Positions 17,300 through 27,463 of a stretch of 64,000 nucleotides of DNA are shown here, in pieces. Positions within the stretch are counted from its first letter, which is position 1; every line of letters starts with the position of its first letter. The position numbers were made by a program, and so were the translations under genes. Origin of the DNA: an uncultured virus (IMG/VR IMGVR_UViG_2671180842_000001) (taxonomy: Duplodnaviria; Heunggongvirae; Uroviricota; Caudoviricetes); the IMG/VR virus record IMGVR_UViG_2671180842_000001; one strand, given 5' to 3'. The notes beneath the pieces were generated by a model, which saw nothing but the letters and a program-made list of their open reading frames with translations, made no database searches and was not told the origin of the DNA.

Positions 17300-17884
17300 A
17301 TGAATAGGTTGAACTATTTAAACATGAGAATTAAAATGTTTATATCATCATACTTGCCTTTATACTTAATATTACTTACTATATATTCTGATAAAATTAA
17401 TAGTTTTGATAAGATTAAGTTAATAATAAGATTTGAAGATAAAATAGTTTCTTTATTTATAATAGCGGTATTTATCCTTGTAATCATCTCGTTTAGAACT
17501 TTAATTGATTTAAGAAGGACAAAAGGAAATGAAAATCATAAATTTGAGTTTTTTAATAAGACAGAGGATACAATAATTAGCTATATGATGACTTATATTG
17601 TTCCAATTTTATCTACAGATTTTCTTAGTACAAAAACAATGACAATAAATTTAATTTTATATTCTTTAATCGGTTTAATGTATATTAAATTGAATCTTAT
17701 ATATTTAAATCCTTTGTGGTTATTGTTTGGATATTCAGTTTACAAATCTGATAATGAAGTTGTCATCATAACCAATATACCTTATGGTAGATTAAAGACT
17801 CTAAGGAATACAAATCTAAAATCATCATATTTAGGTAATGATATTTATTTGATACAAAGAAGTGAAAATGACAATATAAACTAA
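17300..17884 (+). CDS. kwaA: Kiwa KwaA-like multi-pass membrane protein
   Basis: FISSYLPLYLIL, SYMMTYIVP, IYLNPLWLLFGYSVY; about 4 TM segments. Confidence 0.7.
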   Translation: MNRLNYLNMRIKMFISSYLPLYLILLTIYSDKINSFDKIKLIIRFEDKIVSLFIIAVFILVIISFRTLIDLRRTKGNENHKFEFFNKTEDTIISYMMTYIVPILSTDFLSTKTMTINLILYSLIGLMYIKLNLIYLNPLWLLFGYSVYKSDNEVVIITNIPYGRLKTLRNTNLKSSYLGNDIYLIQRSENDNIN

Positions 17885-17949
17885 CAAAAACAGGACTCTA
17901 ACCAGAGTTCTTTTTTATTCCCAAAACAAACAAATAAAGAGGTGGTGAT

Positions 17950-18405
17950 ATGGCTAAATATGAATATTGGATAACAGAAGAAGGACTAATTAAGATTGAA
18001 GGATGGGCAAGAGATGGGCTTACAGATGAACAGATAGCACTCAATATTGGAATAAATGTCAAAACACTATATGACTGGAAAAAGAAGTATAGTAATATTT
18101 GTAATGCCTTAAAAAAGGGAAAAGAAGTAATTGATAGACAGGTTGAAAATGCTTTACTAAAAAGAGCATTAGGTTATGAATATGATGAGATAACATATGA
18201 AGAAGGTCAAGAAACTAAAAGAGTAACTAAACAAGTAATGCCAGATGTTACGGCACAGATATTCTGGTTGAAAAATAGAAAACCAGTTGAATGGAGGGAT
18301 AAACAAATAGTAGAATCAACTAATGAAATTACAATAAATAATCCATTTAAAGAACTATCTACAGAAGAATTAAAAAGGTTGGCAAAATTAGATGATGATG
18401 GATAA
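17950..18405 (+). CDS. terS: Terminase small subunit (HTH type)
   Basis: WARDGLTDEQIA...VENALLKRALGY...AQIFWLKNR; overlaps terL. Confidence 0.85.
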   Translation: MAKYEYWITEEGLIKIEGWARDGLTDEQIALNIGINVKTLYDWKKKYSNICNALKKGKEVIDRQVENALLKRALGYEYDEITYEEGQETKRVTKQVMPDVTAQIFWLKNRKPVEWRDKQIVESTNEITINNPFKELSTEELKRLAKLDDDG

Positions 18406-20791
18406 AAAGTTAATACAGTTAGAAGCGAAGAAAGAACTTGCAAGACGTGAGTTCTTTTATTTTTGTAATTTATTAGCTCCAAAATTTTATAAAGAAGATA
18501 GAAAGTATTTAGTTGAGACTTGTAATAAGCTTCAAGACTTCTATTATTCAGATGATGAAGTTTTAATTATAAATATGCCGCCTAGACATGGAAAAAGTAG
18601 AAGTGCAGGTTTATTTGTAGAATGGATTTTAGGTAAAAATAAAAATGAAAAAATAATGACTGGTAGTTATAATGAGACTCTTTCAACTATGTTTTCAAAG
18701 AATGTTAGAAATGCTATTCAAGAGGAAAAAGCTGATATAGACACTATTATTTATAGCGATATATTTCCTAACACAAAAATCAAACACGGTGATGGAGCTA
18801 TGAATTTATGGTCATTGGAAGGTGGTTATAATAATTATTTGGCGACCTCTCCGAGTGGTACAGCAACAGGCTTTGGGTGTTCTCTGATGATTGTAGATGA
18901 CTTAATTAAAAATGCAGAAGAAGCTTACAACGAGAATGTTCTTGAAAAACATTGGGATTGGTTTACTAATACTATGTTATCAAGGCTTGAAGAAGGTGGA
19001 AAAATAATAATTATAATGACTAGATGGTCTAGCAAGGATTTAGCAGGTAGGGCATTAGAACATTACAAAGAAGAAGGCAAGAAGGTAAGACATATTAATA
19101 TGAAAGCATTACAGGAAGATGGCAACATGCTTTGTGAAGAAGTATTATCTCTAAATAGTTATAAATCAAAAGTAAGAGCCATGGGTGAAGATATTGCAAG
19201 TGCTAACTATCAGCAAGAACCTATCGACCTTAAAGGATGTTTATACACTAGATTTAAGACATATGACAAGCTTCCTGCTGATGATAAAGGGAATCTACTA
19301 TTTACATCTATTAAAGCTTATGTAGATACAGCAGATGAGGGAGCAGATTATTTGTGTGCTATTGTATATGGAGTATACAACAAAGAAGCATATATATTAG
19401 ATGTTTTATATACTAAAGAAAGCATGGAAATAACAGAGTATAAGACGGCTAAGATGTTTCATGATAACGAAGTTAACAAAGCTGACATAGAAAGTAATAG
19501 TGGTGGTAGAGCTTTTGCAAGAAGTGTTCAAAGGTTGTTGAAAGAGAAATTTAACAGTAATAAAACAACAATAAAGTGGTTTCATCAGTCTAAAAATAAA
19601 AATGCTAGAATTTTATCTAATAGTAGTTGGGTAATGGAACATATATATTTTCCAGTTAATTGGCGAGATAGATGGCAAGATTATTATAAGGCAATGGTGA
19701 GTTATCAAAGAGAAGGAAAAAATAAACATGATGATGCGTGTTTTGAAGAAGGAACACAAATATCAACATTGTTTGGTAATAAATCTATAGAGAAAATAAA
19801 AGAAGGGGAATATGTATTTACTCCATTTGGTCTTAGAAGAGTATTATGGTCAGGATGTACAGGAGAAAAAGAAACTATAAATAAATTAGGGCTAAAAGCT
19901 ACTAGAAATCATAAGGTATTTAGTTATATCAATGGTTTTATAAGTCTTGATAAATTGACAGGTATATCAGAAACTAGTATAATATCACTAAAGGAGTTGA
20001 TGTTGTGGAAGTACAAGAAACTGTTATATTCAATGGAGAAGAATATAGACTTATGGGACAAAAGAAGTATTATCTTAGTCAGTCAAGTAAAAATGAAAAA
20101 AGAAAACATGCTAAAGGACTTCATGTGGCAATTTGGGAGTTTAATAATAAAAGGGAAGTTCCAGAAGGCTATCATATTCATCATAAAGATTTTAATCCTC
20201 TTAATAACAACATTGACAACCTGGAATGTATTCCGCATAAACAACACTTATCGCTACATGCAAAGAAAAATTTTGAAGATGAAGAATTTTACAAAGCAAC
20301 TATTAACAATCTTGATAAAGCAAGAGAAAAAGCTGCTGAATGGCATAAAAGTGAAGAAGGTAGAAAATGGCACTCAGAGCATGCAAAACAGATTTCAAAA
20401 AATCTTAAAATATATAAATGTAAGTGTAAAGAATGTGGGAGCTATTTTGAAAGCAAAGTACAAACATCTCAATTCTGTTCAGATAAATGCGGAGAAAGAT
20501 GGAGAGGTAAAAACAGACGAATTAAATATACATCAAAATGTATTATATGTGGAACAGAATTTGTTGGAACAAAATACAAGGCATCTTCCAAAGAAAGACA
20601 AACATGTTCAAAGTCATGTTCAAACAGACTCAACCACATCAATAGAAAGCAAAAAAGTAAAAGTTTATAATTTAACTGTTGAAGGAAACCATGTGTACTA
20701 TGCTCATGGTTTTTTGGTGTCTAATTGTGATGCTACAACAGGAGTTGCAGAAAAGGCACTAAAAGGTCAAGGATTATCAGTATTTAAATAA
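18392..20791 (+). CDS. terL: Terminase large subunit containing an intein (spliced product ~470 aa)
   Basis: Walker A NMPPRHGKS, Walker B LMIVDD, nuclease VDTAD; the HDDA-xDA motif is interrupted. Confidence 0.92.
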   Translation: MMMDKKLIQLEAKKELARREFFYFCNLLAPKFYKEDRKYLVETCNKLQDFYYSDDEVLIINMPPRHGKSRSAGLFVEWILGKNKNEKIMTGSYNETLSTMFSKNVRNAIQEEKADIDTIIYSDIFPNTKIKHGDGAMNLWSLEGGYNNYLATSPSGTATGFGCSLMIVDDLIKNAEEAYNENVLEKHWDWFTNTMLSRLEEGGKIIIIMTRWSSKDLAGRALEHYKEEGKKVRHINMKALQEDGNMLCEEVLSLNSYKSKVRAMGEDIASANYQQEPIDLKGCLYTRFKTYDKLPADDKGNLLFTSIKAYVDTADEGADYLCAIVYGVYNKEAYILDVLYTKESMEITEYKTAKMFHDNEVNKADIESNSGGRAFARSVQRLLKEKFNSNKTTIKWFHQSKNKNARILSNSSWVMEHIYFPVNWRDRWQDYYKAMVSYQREGKNKHDDACFEEGTQISTLFGNKSIEKIKEGEYVFTPFGLRRVLWSGCTGEKETINKLGLKATRNHKVFSYINGFISLDKLTGISETSIISLKELMLWKYKKLLYSMEKNIDLWDKRSIILVSQVKMKKENMLKDFMWQFGSLIIKGKFQKAIIFIIKILILLITTLTTWNVFRINNTYRYMQRKILKMKNFTKQLLTILIKQEKKLLNGIKVKKVENGTQSMQNRFQKILKYINVSVKNVGAILKAKYKHLNSVQINAEKDGEVKTDELNIHQNVLYVEQNLLEQNTRHLPKKDKHVQSHVQTDSTTSIESKKVKVYNLTVEGNHVYYAHGFLVSNCDATTGVAEKALKGQGLSVFK
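19739..20725 (+). mobile_element. Intein (329 aa, Cys450 to Asn778) in TerL
   Basis: Block A CFEEGTQI, block B LKATRNHKVF, block F VYNLTVEGNHVYYA, block G GFLVSN|C; +1 residue is Cys. Confidence 0.9.
20005..20670 (+). CDS. HNH homing endonuclease with C-terminal zinc fingers, nested out of frame inside the intein
   Basis: AAGGAG (19991-19996) then GTG 20005; LHVAIWE...HIHHKDFNPLNNNIDNLECIPHKQH; CKEC..FCSDKC and CIIC..TCSKSC. Confidence 0.85.
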   Translation: MEVQETVIFNGEEYRLMGQKKYYLSQSSKNEKRKHAKGLHVAIWEFNNKREVPEGYHIHHKDFNPLNNNIDNLECIPHKQHLSLHAKKNFEDEEFYKATINNLDKAREKAAEWHKSEEGRKWHSEHAKQISKNLKIYKCKCKECGSYFESKVQTSQFCSDKCGERWRGKNRRIKYTSKCIICGTEFVGTKYKASSKERQTCSKSCSNRLNHINRKQKSKSL

Positions 20792-20805
20792 TAGGTGGTG
20801 GTGAT

Positions 20806-22161
20806 GTGGAGTTAGAAAAAATAAGAGCAATAATAAGTGCTGATGCAGCTAGAAGACAAGAGATATTACAAGCTAAATCATACTATTATAACAAAAACGA
20901 TATATTAAAAAAAGGAGTAGTTGTCCAAAATAGAGATGAGAACCCACTCCGAAACGCTGACAATAGAATTAGTCACAACTTTCATGAAATACTAGTTGAT
21001 GAAAAAGCTTCTTATATGTTTACTTATCCAGTTTTATTCGACATTGACAATAACAAGGAATTGAATGAGAAAGTAACAGATGTTCTAGGGAATGAGTTCA
21101 CTAGAAAAGCTAAGAATTTAGCAATAGAAGCAAGTAATTGTGGTACTGCATGGCTTCACTACTGGATAGATGAAGAATATAGTGGGGAACAGGTAACTAA
21201 TCAAACCTTTAAATATGGCGTAGTCAATACAGAAGAAATTATTCCTATATATCGAAATGGTATTGAAAGAGAGTTAGAAGCTGTAATAAGATATTATATT
21301 CAGCTAGAGGATGTAAAAGGTCAAATACAAAAGCAGGCATATACTTATGTTGAATTTTGGACGGATAAAATATTAGATAAATATAAATTTTTTGGAGTAT
21401 CATGTTGTGGTTCTCAAATCGAGCATATAACAGTACAACATAGATTTAATTCAGTACCATTTGTAGAATTTTCGAACAATATAAAAAAACAAAGTGACTT
21501 ATCAAAATATAAAAAAATATTAGACTTATACGACAGAGTCATGAGTGGTTTTGCTAATGATTTAGAAGATATACAGCAAATAATCTATATACTCGAAAAC
21601 TTTGGTGGAGAAGATACATCAGAGTTCTTAAAGGAATTAAAGAGATATAAAACTATAAAGACTGAAACGGATTCAGAAGGTGATTCTGGTGGTCTTAAAA
21701 CTATGCAAATAGAGATACCTACAGAAGCTCGAAAAATAATACTTGAAATCTTGAAAAAACAAATATATGAAAGTGGTCAGGGGTTGCAACAAGATACTGA
21801 AAATTTTGGGAATGCAAGTGGTGTAGCACTTAAATTCTTTTATAGAAAGTTAGAATTAAAAAGTGGATTACTTGAAACAGAGTTTAGAACCTCTTTTGAT
21901 AAGCTAATAAAAGCTATACTATATTTTTTAGGAGTTACAGACTATAAAAAGATACAACAGACATATACAAGAAATATGATGTCAAATGATTTGGAGGATG
22001 CAGATATAGCAACCAAGTCAGTTGGCATAATACCAACTAAAATTATTTTAAGGCACCATCCTTGGGTTGATGATGTTGAAGAAGCTGAAAAACTTTATCT
22101 TGAAGAAAAGAAAATACAAGCTTCAAAAGTATCTGATGATTATAATAACTTTACTGAATAG
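20806..22161 (+). CDS. SPP1-type portal protein
   Basis: NRISHNFHEILVDEKASY; FGNASGVALKF. Confidence 0.92.
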   Translation: MELEKIRAIISADAARRQEILQAKSYYYNKNDILKKGVVVQNRDENPLRNADNRISHNFHEILVDEKASYMFTYPVLFDIDNNKELNEKVTDVLGNEFTRKAKNLAIEASNCGTAWLHYWIDEEYSGEQVTNQTFKYGVVNTEEIIPIYRNGIERELEAVIRYYIQLEDVKGQIQKQAYTYVEFWTDKILDKYKFFGVSCCGSQIEHITVQHRFNSVPFVEFSNNIKKQSDLSKYKKILDLYDRVMSGFANDLEDIQQIIYILENFGGEDTSEFLKELKRYKTIKTETDSEGDSGGLKTMQIEIPTEARKIILEILKKQIYESGQGLQQDTENFGNASGVALKFFYRKLELKSGLLETEFRTSFDKLIKAILYFLGVTDYKKIQQTYTRNMMSNDLEDADIATKSVGIIPTKIILRHHPWVDDVEEAEKLYLEEKKIQASKVSDDYNNFTE

Positions 22162-22173
22162 AGGTGAAGTTAT

Positions 22174-23213
22174 TTGAATAATAATATTGAATACTGGAAA
22201 GAAAGAGAAAAGCAAAGATTAAATGCAAGATTGAAAGATGAAAAAGAGGTATTAAAAGAACTAGATAAACAATATAAAATTGCAATGAAAAATATAGAGA
22301 AAGAAATTGCTAATTTATTTTATAAATATGCTAAACAGAATAAACTAACATATGCAGAAACACAAAAAATTTAACTAACAATGAGTTTAAGGTATGGCGT
22401 ATGGATATTAAGCAATATATTAAGTTAATAGAACAAACAAATGATGAAAGATTACTATTAGAACTTAATACATTAGCTATGAAGAGTAGAATAAATAGAT
22501 TAGAAGAATTATTCTATCAAATATCTAAAGAGATATATAATACATTTGACATTCAAAATAATAGAGTAGAAAAGTTATTAGAGGAATCTGTGAAAGATAG
22601 TTACTATAAAAGTATATATGAAACTCAAAAGTTTGTAGGAGTTGGAACTAGCTTTAGTAAGCTTGATAAAGAAACTCTAAAGGACATAATTACATATCCT
22701 TGGAGTGGCAAAAATTTTTCTCAAAGGATATGGAAAAACAGAGATTTATTAAGTGAAGTTATCAAGGAAGAAATTACTCAAATGGTTATAAGAGGAGAAA
22801 GTTTGAAAAAGATTGCTAATAGAGTATCGGAAAAAATGGATTCTAGTTATGAAAATGCAATAAGATTAGTACAAACGGAACATTCTCATTTTATGTCAGA
22901 AGCTGATAAAAAAGCATATGAAAGTCAAGGAGTAGATAAATATCAATTCTTAGCAACGTTACAGGATAATACTTGTAAAAGATGTAGAAATTTAGATATG
23001 AAAGTATATTTAGTTAAAGAAGCTAAAGAAGGAGAAAATTATCCTCCGATACATCCAAGATGTCGCTGTACAACTATCCCTTATTTTAAACACGAAAAAG
23101 GAGAAACGAGAACAGCACGACTGCCAAAAGGTAAAACCTATGAAGTTTCAGCAAACTTGACTTATAATGAATGGTACAAGGAACATGTAATAAAAAATAT
23201 AGAAGTTGTATAG
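22174..23213 (+). CDS. Minor capsid/head morphogenesis protein (SPP1 gp7/Mu F); frameshift near 22365
   Basis: Two ORF pieces; RLVQTE, TCKRCR, PPIHPRCRC. Confidence 0.8.
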
Positions 23214-23280
23214 GGAGCACTTGTTAAGTTTAAATAGTAAGTGCTTTTATTGTGTAAAAATTTAAGGAGGAATAAATAAT

Positions 23281-23910
23281 ATGGCTAAGTTTAAAAAGAA
23301 AGCAGTTGAAGTGGAAGCATTTAGATTAGGTTATGACACTCTACCAAAATGGTTTATTGAGAATGATAGAGTTTGTAATTTTATACAAGAAAAATGTATT
23401 AATGGACATGTAAGTTGTGATTTAGAAACATTAGAAGGTACTATGAGAGCTAACAAAGGTGATTACATTATACAAGGTGTAAAAGGAGAAATATATCCAT
23501 GTAAAGCAGATATATTTGAAATGACATATCAAAAAGTTGAATATACTGCAACTATTGAAAATTTAACAAACTATGCTGAAAATTTAGAACAAAAGCATAG
23601 ATATATTGATAAAGAAAAGGTTAAGAAAAATAACTTAGAACTTTCAGCTAAGATAAAGTTAGATACAACAGACTTTGAGGAAAATATAAAAAGTGCTACA
23701 AAAGAAATTGAAACATTCAATGAAGGAGTAAATAGATTAGAAGAAAATTTAAATAGAGTATTTGGAAAAGAAAAGCTTAATGAAATAAAAATAAAAATAG
23801 AAAGTCCTAAAAAACAACTTTCTGATGAGGATTTGGAGTATATAAGAGAGATAGCATCTAAAGATATAAAAGCACGTTTTGCTAAAGAAGGAAAAATTAA
23901 AGATTATTAG
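23281..23910 (+). CDS. Hypothetical phage protein (PGDYG-like N-terminus)
   Basis: TLEGTMRANKGDYIIQGVKGEIYPCKADIF. Confidence 0.65.
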   Translation: MAKFKKKAVEVEAFRLGYDTLPKWFIENDRVCNFIQEKCINGHVSCDLETLEGTMRANKGDYIIQGVKGEIYPCKADIFEMTYQKVEYTATIENLTNYAENLEQKHRYIDKEKVKKNNLELSAKIKLDTTDFEENIKSATKEIETFNEGVNRLEENLNRVFGKEKLNEIKIKIESPKKQLSDEDLEYIREIASKDIKARFAKEGKIKDY

Positions 23911-23922
23911 ATAAAAAGGTAG

Positions 23923-24126
23923 GTGATTTTAATGTGTATATTAGCTCAAGTTATAGTTGTAGTTTGTGTAGTACAAATCGTTATTAATTGTGTTGCTAAT
24001 GTTAATGTAGGTATTCTTTGTAATAAATTAAAAAAAGAAAATAAAGCTAATATAGATAAAGTTTCTGATGAAATTTTAAAGAGAGTAATGGAAGAATTAA
24101 ATAAATCATTAGATAAAAGTCTATAA
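23923..24126 (+). CDS. Small membrane protein
   Basis: Hydrophobic N-terminus. Confidence 0.5.
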   Translation: MILMCILAQVIVVVCVVQIVINCVANVNVGILCNKLKKENKANIDKVSDEILKRVMEELNKSLDKSL

Positions 24127-24167
24127 GAAGTTTTTTATTAAATAAAAATTTAAGGAGGTTTATTTTA

Positions 24168-24398
24168 TTGAAAGAGTATATAATTTGGTTTAAAAGTGGC
24201 AATAGCATATCTGGAATAGTAGATGAAGATGTTGCTGATAAGCTAATGAAAGATTTTATGGAAGCTGACTCAGATTGTAGGTATTTGAAAGGATATTTAG
24301 ATGAAGATGGAACAACAATAATAGATTTATCACAAATAGAAGCTATATCAATAAATAATTGTAGTGAGAATAATAATATTGGTTTTAGTAAGTCCTAG
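24168..24398 (+). CDS. Hypothetical protein
   Basis: AGGAGG RBS; followed by a terminator-like hairpin. Confidence 0.6.
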   Translation: MKEYIIWFKSGNSISGIVDEDVADKLMKDFMEADSDCRYLKGYLDEDGTTIIDLSQIEAISINNCSENNNIGFSKS

Positions 24399-24518
24399 AT
24401 AGGGCTTTTTTATTTTGCTCTTTTTAAAAAAGTTGTAGAGCATAAAGAACAAAGAAACTCTCACAGTTGGAGGGCAACTATAAAAATCTATAGAGAAATA
24501 AGAAGGGATGATGAGGAA

Positions 24519-25115
24519 ATGGAATGGTTAAGAAAAATATTAGAAGGTATTAAAATCGAAGAAAATAAGTTTGATATTGAGGAAATATTAAAAAGTGTTA
24601 ATACTGAATTTCCCAAACATGCAGTACCTAAAGAAACTTTTAATAAAGTGAATGAGCAATTAAAAGAAGCAGATAAGACTATAAAAAGTTTTAATAGTAA
24701 AATGACACAAGAAGATGTAGAAAAGCTTAAAACAGAGCATCAAACAGAAATTAAAAAGATAGAAGAGAATCATAAGCTAGAAGTTGAGAAAATACAAAAC
24801 GAAAGTTTGAAAACAAGGAAATTAAGTGCTGTTGAGAAAGCTTTATTAACTAACAAAGCTAAACACACTGACTTACTAACAAATAAGTTTGACTTAGAAA
24901 AAATAACTATAGGTGAAGATGGCAAGATAGTAGGGATAGAGGAACAATTAAAAGGGTTACAAGAAAGCTACAAAGATTTGTTTGAAAGTAGTACAACTGA
25001 AACTACTACTCAAACAAATACACCTTTTTATAAATATATACCAGGTGGCAGTGGAGAAACAAATGAAACTGCAAATATGGAAACTGTAGTGAATGAAATA
25101 CTAGGAGTTAAATAA
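24519..25115 (+). CDS. Capsid scaffolding protein
   Basis: VPKETFNKVN...GIEEQLKGLQESYKDLF; precedes the major capsid gene. Confidence 0.85.
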   Translation: MEWLRKILEGIKIEENKFDIEEILKSVNTEFPKHAVPKETFNKVNEQLKEADKTIKSFNSKMTQEDVEKLKTEHQTEIKKIEENHKLEVEKIQNESLKTRKLSAVEKALLTNKAKHTDLLTNKFDLEKITIGEDGKIVGIEEQLKGLQESYKDLFESSTTETTTQTNTPFYKYIPGGSGETNETANMETVVNEILGVK

Positions 25116-25138
25116 TATAATTAAGAGAGGATGATTAG

Positions 25139-26077
25139 ATGGCTAATACACTAGCGTACGGACAAGTTTTACAACAAGGATTGGATAAACAAGCAACACA
25201 AGAATTATTAACTGGTTGGATGGATTCTAATGCTAAACAAATAAAATATGAAGGAGGAAAAGAAGTAAAAATAGGTAAGCTTTCTACAGATGGTTTAGGA
25301 GATTATTCAAGAGGTTCAGCTAATGCTTATGTTGGTGGAGATGTTAAATTTGAATATGAAACTAAAACAATGACTCAAGATAGAGGGAGAAAATTCACAT
25401 TAGATGCTATGGATGTAGATGAAACAAATTTCTTAGTAACAGCAACGACTGTCATGGGAGAATTTCAAAGGTTAAAAGTCATACCAGAGATAGATGCTTA
25501 TAGATTAAGTCGTCTAGCTACTATTGCTATAGGTATAAAAGGAGACACTAATGTTGAGTATAGTTACTCAGTAAATTCAAGTACAATAATAAATAAGATA
25601 AAAACAGGTATAAAAATAATTAGAGAAAATGGATACAATGGACCTTTAGTTTGTCATTTAACTTATGACAGTATGTTTGCAATAGAAGAAAAAGTCTTAG
25701 AAAAATTAACAGCTGTTACTTTTGCACAAGGTGGTATACAAACACAAGTACCATCAATTGATGGTTGTGCTCTTATAAAAACACCTCAAAACAGAATGTA
25801 TTCATCTATTTTACTTAATGATGGTACTACTTCTAATCAAACAGCAGGAGGATATTTAAAAGGTACAAAAGCACTAGATACCAACTTTATAATAGCACCA
25901 GTGGATGTACCTCTTGCAATAACAAAACAAGATAAAATGAGAATATTTGACCCAGAAACAAACCAAACAGCAAATGCTTGGTCTATGGACTATAGAAGAT
26001 ATCATGATTTATGGGTTACTGATAATAAAGCTAACTCTGTATATGCTAATTTTAAAGATGCTAAACCTGTGGGTTAG
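25139..26077 (+). CDS. Major capsid protein
   Basis: GGKEVKI, MTQDRGRKFTLDAMDVDET, VIPEIDAYR. Confidence 0.88.
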   Translation: MANTLAYGQVLQQGLDKQATQELLTGWMDSNAKQIKYEGGKEVKIGKLSTDGLGDYSRGSANAYVGGDVKFEYETKTMTQDRGRKFTLDAMDVDETNFLVTATTVMGEFQRLKVIPEIDAYRLSRLATIAIGIKGDTNVEYSYSVNSSTIINKIKTGIKIIRENGYNGPLVCHLTYDSMFAIEEKVLEKLTAVTFAQGGIQTQVPSIDGCALIKTPQNRMYSSILLNDGTTSNQTAGGYLKGTKALDTNFIIAPVDVPLAITKQDKMRIFDPETNQTANAWSMDYRRYHDLWVTDNKANSVYANFKDAKPVG

Positions 26078-26089
26078 GAAGTGATTTAA

Positions 26090-26311
26090 ATGTTTATATT
26101 AATTAAAGAAAATATAGAACGTAGAGTAGAAGATTCTATCTTAAAAGATAAACTAATACAAGATGGATTTAAGTTACTAGAAGATAAGAAAAATATTGAT
26201 ATAGAAAATTCAACTCTTGAAGAACTGAAAAGCTTAGCAAAAGAGAATGACATAGAAGGTTATTCAAAGCTGAAAAAAGATGAATTAATAGAGAAATTAA
26301 ATAATATTTAG
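26090..26311 (+). CDS. Rho-N/HeH domain head protein
   Basis: TLEELKSLAKENDIEGYSKLKKDELIEKL. Confidence 0.75.
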   Translation: MFILIKENIERRVEDSILKDKLIQDGFKLLEDKKNIDIENSTLEELKSLAKENDIEGYSKLKKDELIEKLNNI

Positions 26312-26339
26312 TTTCTCTATTTCAGTTCGAGGTGATTAA

Positions 26340-26690
26340 ATGCTAGATAATATAAAATTAATTCTAAATTTAAAAGATGATACTTATGATAATTTAATAG
26401 AGCTGTACATTAAAAAATACACTACTCTAGTTCTTGCATACTGCAATATAGAAACACTTAATTCTGCTCTTGAAAATATTATAGAAGATAAAGTTATTGT
26501 AAAATTAAAAGAAACTATATTAAGTTCAAGTGATACTAGTGAGAATAACAAAATTAGTTCAATTTCTCGTGGTGGTTATTCTGTAACTTTTAATGTTGCA
26601 ACAGCTAAAACAACAGATGAGTTGATGGAAATAAAACTATCTCAAAAGGATAAGAATATTTTAAATAATTTTAGAAAAGTGAAGTGGTAA
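26340..26690 (+). CDS. Head-tail connector protein
   Basis: Synteny; MLDNIKLILNL...ISSISRGGYSVTF. Confidence 0.75.
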   Translation: MLDNIKLILNLKDDTYDNLIELYIKKYTTLVLAYCNIETLNSALENIIEDKVIVKLKETILSSSDTSENNKISSISRGGYSVTFNVATAKTTDELMEIKLSQKDKNILNNFRKVKW

Positions 26691-26691
26691 T

Positions 26692-27042
26692 ATGACAGAG
26701 GCAGATATATTAGCATTGACTTACTTTTGCAAAATGACAATAAGAAGATGTGTAAGTATTAAAAATGAAGATACAGGAGTTACATATTTTAACGAGAATG
26801 TTGTAATTGCAGAAGATGTGCCTTGTGGTTTGAATGGAAATATACCTAATGTCATAGATACAGATATAACAAATTCTATTTCAGTTTTTGAATTATATTG
26901 TAGACCCGAAATAGATTTGCAGGTTGGAGATATACTCGATATAACTTTAGAAAATGGGAATGTAGAAACTTTTATTGCATCTAAACCATTTCCTTATTCA
27001 AGCCACTTACAAGTCAATTTGACCCTAAAGGAAAGATATTAA
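26692..27042 (+). CDS. Head closure/stopper protein
   Basis: Synteny. Confidence 0.6.
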   Translation: MTEADILALTYFCKMTIRRCVSIKNEDTGVTYFNENVVIAEDVPCGLNGNIPNVIDTDITNSISVFELYCRPEIDLQVGDILDITLENGNVETFIASKPFPYSSHLQVNLTLKERY

Positions 27043-27453
27043 ATGATAGAGTTTAATAGTCTAGACACATTAATAAGAGATTTAGAAAGAGAAGGAAGGG
27101 AAATGTCAAAGAACTTAAGAAGGGCTAAGAATAATATAGGTAATAAACTTCTTAGAAAAGTAAAACCTAAAACACCAGTTGCCAAAATAGATGGAGGAAC
27201 AGCTAGAAAGAGTTGGAAATATAAAGAGCTTAATCTATTTGATGGCGTAGTATCAAACAATGTCGAGTATATTCATCATCTAGAATATGGTCATAGAACT
27301 AGGCAAGGAACAGGAACTAGCGAAAACTATAGACCTAAGCCTAACGGAATTAGTTTTGTACCAGGTGTATTTATGTTGGCAAGAAGCGTTGATGAAATGA
27401 GCAGTATAATTGATGATGAATTAAATCAAATAATAATAGATTTTTGGAATTAG
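27043..27453 (+). CDS. HK97 gp10-family neck protein
   Basis: KTPV...GTARKSW...NNVEYIHHLEYGHR. Confidence 0.85.
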   Translation: MIEFNSLDTLIRDLEREGREMSKNLRRAKNNIGNKLLRKVKPKTPVAKIDGGTARKSWKYKELNLFDGVVSNNVEYIHHLEYGHRTRQGTGTSENYRPKPNGISFVPGVFMLARSVDEMSSIIDDELNQIIIDFWN

Positions 27454-27463
27454 AGGTGATGCG

